Origin: an uncultured virus (IMG/VR IMGVR_UViG_3300045391_007423)
Lineage: Duplodnaviria > Heunggongvirae > Uroviricota > Caudoviricetes
IMG/VR virus record: IMGVR_UViG_3300045391_007423
DNA: 64,000 nt
Strand: one strand, 5' to 3'
The notes under the pieces are model-generated. The model was not told the DNA's origin and ran no database searches. It worked only from the letters and a program-made list of their open reading frames with translations. This document shows positions 28,434 to 37,556 of this stretch, piece by piece. The position numbers were made by a program, and so were the translations under genes. How positions within the stretch are numbered: position 1 is the stretch's first letter; every line of letters starts with the position of its first letter.

Positions 28434-28853
28434 ATGACAACAACATCTATCATCACTACCACAACACCACCAGAAGAGAACCGTTCACCATTCGATAGAC
28501 TGGCCGACTTGATCCTGGAGGGCTGCCAGTACACAGAGCCTCTTCAAGGACATTTTATAAAGCTTGAAGTCGATACCATCTACGCCTGCACCATTACAGC
28601 AGCTTATATGGCTGAACATCCTCATATGTCTTTCGAGGTGGTTTATGACAATCTCGTTGGCATGAATGACCACTATATCTTTGTTGATGATCTCGGCATT
28701 GATACAAATGTTGAGTATGACATACCCGCTACAGAAGGCTGGGAAAAAGATCGGGCAACCGTCATCCAGGGCATCATTCACCTGACGGATACCTGTGGCT
28801 GGTCCCGCGAGCGAGTCGCCAACGAGTGGGTGCGTACACTCAAAGACCAGTAG
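28434..28853 (+). CDS. Hypothetical protein, paralog B
   Basis: L.DLI..G...T.PL, AC.I, I.L.D...W.R.R..EW shared with paralog A. Confidence 0.7.
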   Translation: MTTTSIITTTTPPEENRSPFDRLADLILEGCQYTEPLQGHFIKLEVDTIYACTITAAYMAEHPHMSFEVVYDNLVGMNDHYIFVDDLGIDTNVEYDIPATEGWEKDRATVIQGIIHLTDTCGWSRERVANEWVRTLKDQ

Positions 28854-28868
28854 TTCTTCGTTTGTCGT

Positions 28869-28908
28869 AGAAATGTTGCGAACCCCCTTGCTCTCTCGCA
28901 ACATTTCT
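28869..28908. repeat. 40-bp palindromic site, copy 2
   Basis: AGAAATGTTGCGA-ACCCCCTTGCTCTC-TCGCAACATTTCT. Confidence 0.9.
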
Positions 28909-28957
28909 CTTCATTTACCCCCTCGATGTTTCTTCATAAGAAAGGACCAGGAAGAAG

Positions 28958-29248
28958 ATGAATTCAGCATTTGACGAGATGATGAGAGTAAAAGCTGGTT
29001 TACCACGTCGCCAGAAAGTTCGACGCACAAAGAAAGAACAACGTGAAATCACACTCGGCGCAATTCGTTCAGAGTTACGTAAATCGGACCAGGACTTGTC
29101 CAATGTTAATTTCAAGACAGTGCAAGAAGTCTTGGATAATATCTATCGGACTGATGCCAGATGCGTAGCTGCCCAGTGGTATATCAACGCCACAGACAAC
29201 CAGTGGAATTTGTTGAAACATGAAATTAAGCAAGCAATTCAACAGTAG
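28958..29248 (+). CDS. Hypothetical protein
   Basis: RBS; 96 aa. Confidence 0.6.
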   Translation: MNSAFDEMMRVKAGLPRRQKVRRTKKEQREITLGAIRSELRKSDQDLSNVNFKTVQEVLDNIYRTDARCVAAQWYINATDNQWNLLKHEIKQAIQQ

Positions 29249-29274
29249 CCTACAGAAGAAAGGACAAAGACACC

Positions 29275-29673
29275 ATGGCAGACTTTACCATAACCCAGAC
29301 ACTCACATTTAAGCTCATTGCTGATGTCCTCTGTTCATTTACTGACTCCAATTACTCAGAATACTGGGCTGAGATCACAGAACTCAAGGAGCCCACATCC
29401 TGGGAGTTTCAAACAACTGATCCACAATGTGATGATGGTCATTGGAGCCAGGACTACCCACTCAATCCTGGTGGTGCCATTATGATCAAGGATATCGAAG
29501 ATGATGATAATGGCATCATGCTTCTAAACCAGGAAACTCTTCAAAAAGGACTTCAGATCCTGGCTGAGAAGTATCCAGACCACTTTGCCAATATCACCAA
29601 AGAAAATTCTGATGCTGAGACTGCTGATTGTCTTGTCCAGTGTAGTCTCCTGGGCGACATCATATACAGTTAA
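29275..29673 (+). CDS. Acidic conserved phage protein
   Basis: C-terminal DAETADCLVQ.SLLGDIIY motif; D/E-rich. Confidence 0.7.
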   Translation: MADFTITQTLTFKLIADVLCSFTDSNYSEYWAEITELKEPTSWEFQTTDPQCDDGHWSQDYPLNPGGAIMIKDIEDDDNGIMLLNQETLQKGLQILAEKYPDHFANITKENSDAETADCLVQCSLLGDIIYS

Positions 29674-29773
29674 TGTAAGAGAGGGGAAGAGCTGGCAGTC
29701 ATTCCTCTTTCCCTCACTGTTTCGTAGATCATTGTGAAGAAAGTTATACAGATACAGAGAGGAGAAAGACACA

Positions 29774-30028
29774 ATGTCGCAATATGGAGTGCCCCCTTCA
29801 AAAGAGGAATGCCGAGACATTTACCAGAAAGCTATAGCACAACGCCAAGAGGAGGTTAAACAATATCAATCGTTGAGGGAACTCGTTCTCTCGCATGATT
29901 TCGGAACATCAACTCCTGCTATTCATGCGTATATCGATGGCCTTACCTCTGGTCGATGTGAACGCGACGAGAAAGAAATCAGAACATATACGGCACTCTT
30001 GGCAGAACTAGAAGAAGTAAAGTCATAG
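29774..30028 (+). CDS. Hypothetical protein
   Basis: GAGGAG RBS. Confidence 0.55.
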   Translation: MSQYGVPPSKEECRDIYQKAIAQRQEEVKQYQSLRELVLSHDFGTSTPAIHAYIDGLTSGRCERDEKEIRTYTALLAELEEVKS

Positions 30029-30072
30029 CTACTGATTTGCCCCAGTAATCAGTAGATAGGAGAAAGAGAATC

Positions 30073-30276
30073 ATGAAAGTTTTAGCAACTATCCCACAAG
30101 AAAAAATGGAAGCAGTAGAAGACTCACTTTTCATGTGCGGCGAAAAAGGTAAAGATTGGTATATACGCCACATAGAATATGGTAGTTGTATCGTGTGGTC
30201 TTGTATGAATGAAACGCTCAAAGAAGCGCTACATAAACATGAAATACGATATCACATCATGAGTGAGCGTAATTAG
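30073..30276 (+). CDS. Hypothetical protein
   Basis: AGGAG RBS. Confidence 0.55.
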   Translation: MKVLATIPQEKMEAVEDSLFMCGEKGKDWYIRHIEYGSCIVWSCMNETLKEALHKHEIRYHIMSERN

Positions 30277-30323
30277 CTACGGATTATTCGGGATAATCAG
30301 AACATTACAGGAGGAGTAAGAAC

Positions 30324-30830
30324 ATGGGTCCAATGAAACGCTATATCTATACAGTTTTTCAGGAAATCATGGGATGTGACACGCCTGTAAAAAACAAAGC
30401 AATTTTTGCATGGTCACAACAAAGCGCCAACGAGCAAGCGCATTATCAAACGTGGAAGGGCTACACGTGGATTATGGATATGGTACTTGACGAAGTTCCC
30501 AGACAATACCTTGTCACATTTAAAACAATCGATACCCCTGGAATTAAGCGACAAGGTATTTTTCTAAAGTTTGAGGATAACCGTTTTCACATTAGAGATA
30601 ATGATGTTATTCGTATTATCCCCAAAGAGAATATAACCTATTATAACATTAATGGAGGGGAAATAGCGCCTGTGGGAGTCGGAAATAAGGGAGACGTGTA
30701 CGAAGAATCTTTTGAAAATAACCGCTCTTTGGAAGAGGTTGTAAGCGACATTAAAACTGTTGTTACTCATATGGCTAACGCCCCCGTCTTAACAGACGAC
30801 CTTAGCGACCTGGATAAACACCCATTTTAA
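30324..30830 (+). CDS. Hypothetical protein
   Basis: GGAGGAG RBS; AT-rich. Confidence 0.6.
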   Translation: MGPMKRYIYTVFQEIMGCDTPVKNKAIFAWSQQSANEQAHYQTWKGYTWIMDMVLDEVPRQYLVTFKTIDTPGIKRQGIFLKFEDNRFHIRDNDVIRIIPKENITYYNINGGEIAPVGVGNKGDVYEESFENNRSLEEVVSDIKTVVTHMANAPVLTDDLSDLDKHPF

Positions 30831-30905
30831 TTTAAGCTGCCGGGCCTTCGCGCCCGGCAGCTTCCGATTACGTCGGTGAATCAGAACGAACGGAGGATAA
30901 ATGAT

Positions 30906-31169
30906 ATGGTAAAACTAGCAGTAAAGATCGAAACTATCTGTTATGCGATACAAAATTCCTTGCAAGCTAAAACCTCTTCAGGCGTTCCAACATTACCAGA
31001 ACAAGAACGACCAGCAATGGAGGATTGCCTAAAAAGGCTTAATCCAACAATGAAACGCCGCGAACTAATGGAAGCATTAAAGTATATCGCGGGAAAGGCG
31101 GATAAACCCGGCTATGCTAGTGTTGAGCGGTCTTTACGCCGCCTTTTAGATTATTGGGAGGAATTGTAG
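30906..31169 (+). CDS. Hypothetical protein
   Basis: GGAGG RBS. Confidence 0.5.
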   Translation: MVKLAVKIETICYAIQNSLQAKTSSGVPTLPEQERPAMEDCLKRLNPTMKRRELMEALKYIAGKADKPGYASVERSLRRLLDYWEEL

Positions 31170-31171
31170 TA

Positions 31172-31423
31172 ATGCATCCACAATTTAAACACACAACAGC
31201 AAACGATATCAAGCGATGTGCCTTAAACAATATTCAAAACGTCGCGGTTAGAGAAAACGGTAACTGCTTTATAAGCACCGAGGAATTAGCCTGTGAGGTT
31301 ACAAAAGAATTGAGTATTCTTCAAGTAGAGTACGATGACCTACTATCCATTGTTCGCAATGTCATCAAAAGCTTTTACAAGAGTGTTGGCATTAATACTA
31401 TGGCTACTGATGTATCTAAATGA
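31172..31423 (+). CDS. Hypothetical protein
   Basis: Coupled to the upstream stop; GGAGG RBS. Confidence 0.5.
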   Translation: MHPQFKHTTANDIKRCALNNIQNVAVRENGNCFISTEELACEVTKELSILQVEYDDLLSIVRNVIKSFYKSVGINTMATDVSK

Positions 31424-31581
31424 TTGACAGGGGCGGCTAGACCTCAACGGAATAGCCGCTAACCCTTTGGGGCTAGCAAGAGGTTCCCACGGAGAGTAGA
31501 GTAATCCTGTCATACCCTCACGTTCTCTGTATAACTCGCTGACAGTGAAAATGCAAGCTGAAAAATAGAGGAGAAGAATAC

Positions 31582-31956
31582 ATGAATAAAAATCAACATG
31601 CAGCCAAATGGTGGGCTGACCAGCTTCGCCACTATCCCACACATAATGTTGGAAATGAAAAGTTCAACGAGGAAGCTAGATTGATGATGTTTCTCGGTGG
31701 ATATGCCCCCATACCTGAAGAGGACATCCAAAAATTTGAGCAAGCTCTGCTCTCAGTTATCGAGGAAAGGCAGCCCAGTACGATCAGCGTCGATTATAAT
31801 CCAGACGCTCTCCTGGACGAGGCTGAGAAGAAAGCTGGAATAAATCTAGCTCATCGATTACCAGCAAAAACGACTATGTGGCTTGAGCCAGATGCTCTCC
31901 TAGTCAGCCAGAGCTATGGTGCTCAGCCAACATGTATCTATGCAAGCATTAGTTAA
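31582..31956 (+). CDS. Conserved phage hypothetical protein
   Basis: AAKWWAD...VDYNPD..L..A...AG...P.KT.M motif. Confidence 0.7.
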   Translation: MNKNQHAAKWWADQLRHYPTHNVGNEKFNEEARLMMFLGGYAPIPEEDIQKFEQALLSVIEERQPSTISVDYNPDALLDEAEKKAGINLAHRLPAKTTMWLEPDALLVSQSYGAQPTCIYASIS

Positions 31957-31978
31957 AAACACTGAGGAGGATACATAC

Positions 31979-32212
31979 ATGGTTACAGTGACTATTCAAC
32001 CCTACGAAAACAGCGACTTACAACAGATTACTACACGCTACCCAGATGCAACAATCACACCTGGCCCTACGAAAAGATATTCCCAGGTGAGCATTCCATC
32101 AAAGAATGCTAATAATTGGAATCAGGAGGATGCCGACTTTTTCACCAATCTGGTAGAGCGTGATGTCCTGAGTAATTGGGGCATTGTCGGTGGACGACGA
32201 AGTATGCAATAA
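31979..32212 (+). CDS. Hypothetical protein
   Basis: GAGGAGG RBS. Confidence 0.55.
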   Translation: MVTVTIQPYENSDLQQITTRYPDATITPGPTKRYSQVSIPSKNANNWNQEDADFFTNLVERDVLSNWGIVGGRRSMQ

Positions 32213-32234
32213 AACACTGAGAAGGAAAGAACAG

Positions 32235-32474
32235 ATGATCGAGCAATCTCGTGAATACATTACTCACCGTTACAAATGGACGATTGATGAGGATACCTTT
32301 GTTATTCTCAACGCCGCAAAGGGCTATTGGGCTGCAAAAGTATCCACAACCTATATGCACTATAGGGAAGAACCAGAGGAAGTCTTTTTGATCCTGGTCA
32401 TGTCGAAGAACTATTATATCCTTGATGAAGAATTACCAATCCTAGCTCAATGGTGTAGCCAGTACAGCAATTAA
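32235..32474 (+). CDS. Hypothetical protein
   Basis: RBS; ends at a bidirectional terminator. Confidence 0.5.
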   Translation: MIEQSREYITHRYKWTIDEDTFVILNAAKGYWAAKVSTTYMHYREEPEEVFLILVMSKNYYILDEELPILAQWCSQYSN

Positions 32475-32480
32475 CAATAC

Positions 32481-32526
32481 AAGGCCCGACTCTTCTCTCA
32501 GTGTTTGAGGGGGAGGTCGGGCCTTT
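32481..32526. terminator. Bidirectional terminator
   Basis: AAGGCCCGAC...GTCGGGCCTT between convergent genes. Confidence 0.7.
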
Positions 32527-32548
32527 CGCTGTATGTTTCGCGCTATTC

Positions 32549-33733
32549 TTATGCCAACTGAAGAATGTGCTCGGTGACAAGACGCTCATGAAAGTCTTTT
32601 ACCACCTGGACCTCTGGATGAGAAGCAAAGAGGCCAGCCGCATAGCGACCAGCACGATCTATCGCCTGATCTGATTGCAGCGTCCTGGCCTTGCTCAAGA
32701 ACTGGTCACAATAATGGATGCCCTGTTCCAGATCTTTCAGATCGCGATTGGCATTGGCATAGTCCAGCTCAATCCACATATCCAGCCGAATATTATGATC
32801 CAACCGAATCTGCTCGCGGATCTCTGACTCCATCGCGATCACCTTCTGTGGCTGACCAATTGTGATGTAGCCATAGCTCCGCTCAGCCAGCACACCGCTA
32901 CGATTGTAACAGATATGATCCCCTGGCTCTTCCTCTGCCAGATGATAGGAGAGGGTATCAGCCTGCTCAGAGACACGCTCAAAGGCATCTGCCTGCTGAT
33001 CACTGGCATACACACGTGAGAGGTAGGAGAGAATGAGTGGTAGCCACGCTTTGTTGGCACGCAATGCCTCATCTCGCGCACGCTCAAGATAGGTCACCGC
33101 TTCTTTCTTCTCATCGTTTCGCTCATACTCAACTCCGATATTCATCAGAGAATGCGCGATATGCCCGGGATCTCCGAGCTGCTGAGAGCACTGATACATA
33201 TCCTGGTAGCAGGCAATTGCCCCGGCATTATCCTTCTGCTCTACTTTAACCACGGCCCGAATCGCATGCATATCAGCCATAAGTCGTAAGAAGCGAGCCT
33301 CAAGTTGTGTCCCAGGGTAGGCATAGTGCTGAAGCCGCGTACAGAGCTGGTAGAGCTTATCGGTATTTTTCACCAGCTTGGAGAGGGGAGATGTGCTACG
33401 AAGCGTCCAGGTATTGTCAATGAGCATCTCAACCGTCTCCAGCGTTTCTTCGACCAGAAGCATGCCCTGGCCTGGTAGTGTATTTGGATTGAAGGGGTTA
33501 TAGGACGAGAGACCAAACTCTTCCAGAGGAATATCCAGGATTTCCGCGAGCTGGCGCAACACATCAACACTGCCAATAACCTTGCGTCCAGACTCGACCT
33601 TCCGTATATAGCTGGCATCTATTGGTCCAGTCGGCCAGCGCTCCGCCAATAGAGCACTACTCATTTTTCGCTGCTTGCGATAGGCACGAATCGTCTTGCC
33701 ATAATGATAGTCATTTTCAATACTCATATTCAT
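32549..33733 (-). CDS. XRE-family HTH plus TPR-repeat regulator
   Basis: GKTIRAYRKQR...YIRKVESG...QLAEILDIP HTH, then helical TPR-like repeats. Confidence 0.85.
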   Translation of the reverse strand: MNMSIENDYHYGKTIRAYRKQRKMSSALLAERWPTGPIDASYIRKVESGRKVIGSVDVLRQLAEILDIPLEEFGLSSYNPFNPNTLPGQGMLLVEETLETVEMLIDNTWTLRSTSPLSKLVKNTDKLYQLCTRLQHYAYPGTQLEARFLRLMADMHAIRAVVKVEQKDNAGAIACYQDMYQCSQQLGDPGHIAHSLMNIGVEYERNDEKKEAVTYLERARDEALRANKAWLPLILSYLSRVYASDQQADAFERVSEQADTLSYHLAEEEPGDHICYNRSGVLAERSYGYITIGQPQKVIAMESEIREQIRLDHNIRLDMWIELDYANANRDLKDLEQGIHYCDQFLSKARTLQSDQAIDRAGRYAAGLFASHPEVQVVKDFHERLVTEHILQLA

Positions 33734-33962
33734 CGGGGAGATACTCCTTTTCCTTTCACTCTGTATGTATGTATATCATACGTGGCAAGTCATGTAAAAC
33801 GGGACCAATAGGTCACTAGTAGTATACGCGAAATAGCGTATCATGTAAATATGGTCACTCGGTACTTCTGCCGTCACCAGAAGCGCCGATGGGACATAAA
33901 AGGTTTTCTTGTATATTTCGCATTTATATTCTGCATTCTCCAATGAGAAAGGACCTTGTATC

Positions 33963-34205
33963 ATGGCTGGCATGCACCAGGAAAAGCATATCAGCGAGGT
34001 GAGTAGACTTATGGAGCAGATCGAGGCTGAGTACCAGGCAGCCGAATCTGCTCTCAAGGACCCCAGAACATGCGGATCGCATCAGATTATTAATGGACAT
34101 CTCCTGGCGATCAACCCTCTCTTCGACCAGTTGGCTGAGGAAGTAGGGGACAAAGACGATGCGATCCGCATGTTTGGCAGTGCCGTCTGGGGAATAGAAT
34201 CATAA
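33963..34205 (+). CDS. Small helical protein divergent from XRE-TPR
   Basis: SEVSRLMEQIEAEYQAA pattern; GAAAGGA RBS. Confidence 0.7.
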   Translation: MAGMHQEKHISEVSRLMEQIEAEYQAAESALKDPRTCGSHQIINGHLLAINPLFDQLAEEVGDKDDAIRMFGSAVWGIES

Positions 34206-34281
34206 CAAAATCAGGGAAAAGAGAGAGCGTCCGTATTCCGACCGGCCAAGAAGGAAACGACGCTCTCTCTTTCTGTCTTTC

Positions 34282-34779
34282 TCAGGCTTCCTCTTCCACC
34301 TCAGATTCCGATCCCGAAGGGGGAGAAGGCTTCTTCTTCGATGGATAGTGATCTGGCAGCATCACCAGCCGATCACGCACATCTTTCTGCTCTGGCGTCA
34401 ACTCCACTTCTCCTGCCTCAACCAGGGAGTCCAGCAGCTTCATCGCAACTTCCTGCTGTGGTTCAGGAAGACGAAGAAAGCGATCCAGAATCAGGATCGA
34501 CTTTACCGTCATGTTCTCCTCATCGTTTGTCCGGCCATAAAGTGGCAGTAATAACTGGATAGGAGACAGACTAATTGTTTTCGCAATCCGAAATACGACT
34601 GGCAATGGTAGAATCATCGTTGGATTATAGAGCAGATTCTCAAAACGCTGGCGATACCACCCGATAGCGGTAGACACCGTTTTCTGCATAATATTTCTCT
34701 GATCCAGACGATCGAGAATGATCTTTCCAATGGGAGTAGGAACACGCTTCTTGCTTTTGCTTTTGCTTTCCTTTTGCAT
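34282..34779 (-). CDS. XRE/CI-like HTH regulator
   Basis: LDQRNIMQKTVSTAIG...FRIAKTISLSP HTH pattern. Confidence 0.6.
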   Translation of the reverse strand: MQKESKSKSKKRVPTPIGKIILDRLDQRNIMQKTVSTAIGWYRQRFENLLYNPTMILPLPVVFRIAKTISLSPIQLLLPLYGRTNDEENMTVKSILILDRFLRLPEPQQEVAMKLLDSLVEAGEVELTPEQKDVRDRLVMLPDHYPSKKKPSPPSGSESEVEEEA

Positions 34780-34925
34780 ATATCAATCAACCAACCTTCA
34801 ATTTTTCTCATGGTGAGAGACTTGTGCATATCTCTCACACGTAGTATAGATGAAAGTCTTGCATTTTGCAATTCTTTCGTGTATCATTTGAAACAGACAC
34901 AGGGAACAACGGAAGGGACAGGTGC

Positions 34926-35261
34926 TCAGGCATGTGCCTCTTCATAGATGTTCCACGAACTGGTGGTCTGCTGATACGACTGTGGAGAAGGTTGTTTGAG
35001 CTGTCGATACAACGAATACATTCCGAGTATCTGCTTAGCAGTAAAGTACAGCAAAATGGCAGTAGTAATACAAAACGCAGGCCAGCCAAAGAAGAGTGTT
35101 ACCTGCCAGGTCTCATTTAAGGGGAGAAGAAAGACTGGGATTTCGCCGATCACGGTAAAAACTATCGTCAAAAAGACAAGGATAAAGATCGCGAAATGTT
35201 TTGCCTTCTTTTTGAGAAGGAGCTTTTTCTCCAAAAGAGCCGTCACCTCTTGTGGACCCAT
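34926..35261 (-). CDS. Two-TM membrane protein
   Basis: Two hydrophobic helices; RBS. Confidence 0.6.
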   Translation of the reverse strand: MGPQEVTALLEKKLLLKKKAKHFAIFILVFLTIVFTVIGEIPVFLLPLNETWQVTLFFGWPAFCITTAILLYFTAKQILGMYSLYRQLKQPSPQSYQQTTSSWNIYEEAHA

Positions 35262-35482
35262 CTGTGTGTTCCTTTCTTTCTATGTTTCATCGTAGAAATG
35301 TAGGAGTGTCATTCCCTACGGCTATGGTCAATATACCCCATTGTACGTTTAGAACGAAATTCTGTCTAGTCTCTCCAACCCACAAGAGAAAACACTGAGA
35401 AGAAAGGGGGGAGAGATGATTGCCACATGAGCAAGCAGGACAGGTGCACATAGACAACTAAATAAGAAAGGACACAACGAAC

Positions 35483-36415
35483 ATGCAACAGAATAATAAT
35501 CAAGCCTTAGTGCCAGTTGAAATCAATCGCTTTAGGATGACCTACCACTATGCAAAGTCATTAGGAATTGCGATCCTTATTCTGGGAGCGATCCTTGTTA
35601 CACTGAGTCTCTATACTAACGGAAACGCCGTCTTCAACTGGATCGGTCAGTGGGGAAGAGATATCCACGGACAACTGGATGAGAAAACTTTCATTGGTCA
35701 TCTTCTTTTAGCTGGCATTCTTGGATCAGTCATTCAGGCATGCTGGCCGATTGCCCTCTTCCTCCATACATCTGGACACTATGAAGGACATCAAGAGCAT
35801 GATATGGATGCCTCGATTCATCACATCGATATAGTGAAGCAACCAGTGAATTTCGCTTTTTTCCTCTATGCAACCTTGGACAATAATTTTGTATTAGGGG
35901 CGGCGATTATCAGTATTATGACCTCGATGATTGGTTTTATGGATTGGTTTCATCCAGGCGATATTATCACCTTTACCGATGGATCAATTCAGTTTACCAA
36001 TATAAGTACGTTCTTCTCCTGGTCTATGGCTCTGGTGACTTCCTTTATCTTTGCCGTTCTGACAGAATACTTTGGCAATACATTCCTTCTTCGAGCACCA
36101 AACATTTTGGAGCATGCACGAGATCTGTTACGACGGCAACAAAATTTCTACAGTATTGTAGAAACTGATGCGCCAGGCAGTACAATTCAACAGCCATCGA
36201 GTGTTGGAAATCCTGTACTACGCAAGGCACAACGTCAGCAACAATTAAGCAAAAATGCTGCACGCAGTAATGCAACACAACGAGCACCACTCGATGATGA
36301 GGATGTCATTACTAGTCAGGTAAAGACCATGCCGCCAATGACGAACAGACAGGCAGCAAGAGTGCACGCGGCCAATGCCGCCCAGCAATCTATGTTTGAT
36401 GACGATGACAATTAA
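35483..36415 (+). CDS. Multi-pass membrane protein
   Basis: About 4 TM helices plus polar tail. Confidence 0.75.
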   Translation: MQQNNNQALVPVEINRFRMTYHYAKSLGIAILILGAILVTLSLYTNGNAVFNWIGQWGRDIHGQLDEKTFIGHLLLAGILGSVIQACWPIALFLHTSGHYEGHQEHDMDASIHHIDIVKQPVNFAFFLYATLDNNFVLGAAIISIMTSMIGFMDWFHPGDIITFTDGSIQFTNISTFFSWSMALVTSFIFAVLTEYFGNTFLLRAPNILEHARDLLRRQQNFYSIVETDAPGSTIQQPSSVGNPVLRKAQRQQQLSKNAARSNATQRAPLDDEDVITSQVKTMPPMTNRQAARVHAANAAQQSMFDDDDN

Positions 36416-36433
36416 AAAGAGGAGAGAAGAACG

Positions 36434-37462
36434 ATGATAGAAGCACTTCTGGTCTTTTCTATCCTCGCTGCAATCATCCTCAGTCCTATTCTGCTGATAC
36501 GCGGTGTTATGAAAAAGTATCGTCGTATACAGCAGCAACAAGAAGTATCTCTGGCGCGGGAGAGTCAATTACAGCTCCCCGCGCCATCTTCTTATTCGAC
36601 TTCAATACAGGAAGAGGATCAGCAGAAAAACACTGAGGAAAAGGGTCCAGTCATTAACGTCACAGGGCCAGCAGTCACTGTCTGGTATCTGGTGGAAGGA
36701 CGTAGCGTTGATGGCGTTACTCCATTTACCGCTCGCAAGAAAATGATTGATATGATTGCGGGGAAACTGCCCAAGAAATTACCAGCATCCAGCCAGCCGC
36801 TTTTACTTGGTCCAGTTGCAACATCATTGCATCCACAGGAGCAACAACAACAACAGGACTATCCCTCACTCAGATACACCTATAGCGAAGAAGACGAACA
36901 GGAGGAACACGACAATGACAATGGAAACCTGGAGCCCGAACCATCACCAGTATCGCAACAGCCACAAAAAGCAGCGCAGACGGCGGTGGAAGCAAAGAAC
37001 CCGGCAAAGCCAGCGGCACCAGCTCGACGAGTTCCCCCTGCCGGAACCGGGGCCGTTGCCAAAGAACAGATCGTCCTCCCGCACTACCAGCCGCCAGATC
37101 CAGCAGTGGATGAACCAGGAGTAGTACTAGAGGCAAAGAGTACCAACAAGTCACTGGAGCAAATTGCCCGAGACGATCCCGATGATTTTCGTAGTATTGC
37201 CTCAACAGACGCTATCCTGGCCCGGCAGCTCTGGAAGAAGAAAGGGAGCATTACCCGCGACGGCCTCCGTCCCAATATTACTGATGCCAGATGGCGCTTC
37301 TTCTTCCAGAAACCCTCTGGTCTCTTCTGGAAACATGGCATCCTTATAGACGGAGAGAAAGGTACCCAGGTGGTAGATATTCCAGAATTTCACGATAAGC
37401 TCTATGAAGCAATTGAGACCTACCTGGATATGCTCTATGAGGAGGAAGCGCAGGAGGCATAG
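36434..37462 (+). CDS. Membrane-anchored protein with disordered linker and C-terminal globular (possibly wHTH) domain
   Basis: N-terminal TM; Q/P/E-rich linker. Confidence 0.7.
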   Translation: MIEALLVFSILAAIILSPILLIRGVMKKYRRIQQQQEVSLARESQLQLPAPSSYSTSIQEEDQQKNTEEKGPVINVTGPAVTVWYLVEGRSVDGVTPFTARKKMIDMIAGKLPKKLPASSQPLLLGPVATSLHPQEQQQQQDYPSLRYTYSEEDEQEEHDNDNGNLEPEPSPVSQQPQKAAQTAVEAKNPAKPAAPARRVPPAGTGAVAKEQIVLPHYQPPDPAVDEPGVVLEAKSTNKSLEQIARDDPDDFRSIASTDAILARQLWKKKGSITRDGLRPNITDARWRFFFQKPSGLFWKHGILIDGEKGTQVVDIPEFHDKLYEAIETYLDMLYEEEAQEA

Positions 37463-37556
37463 CAAAGAGAAAACAAAGAGAAGGACGACAGAACGCTAGC
37501 AGAAAAAGGAATGGAGTTTTACACGTTTATATCAGTAAAAGAAAGGATACCAAACA

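Noticed and set aside
31430..31505. tRNA gene (starts GGGCGGCTAG)
   Set aside because: No T-loop GTTCRA and no acceptor stem pairing
32475..33960. Arbitrium (aimR-aimP) system
   Set aside because: No short signal-peptide ORF downstream of the HTH-TPR gene; a terminator follows directly
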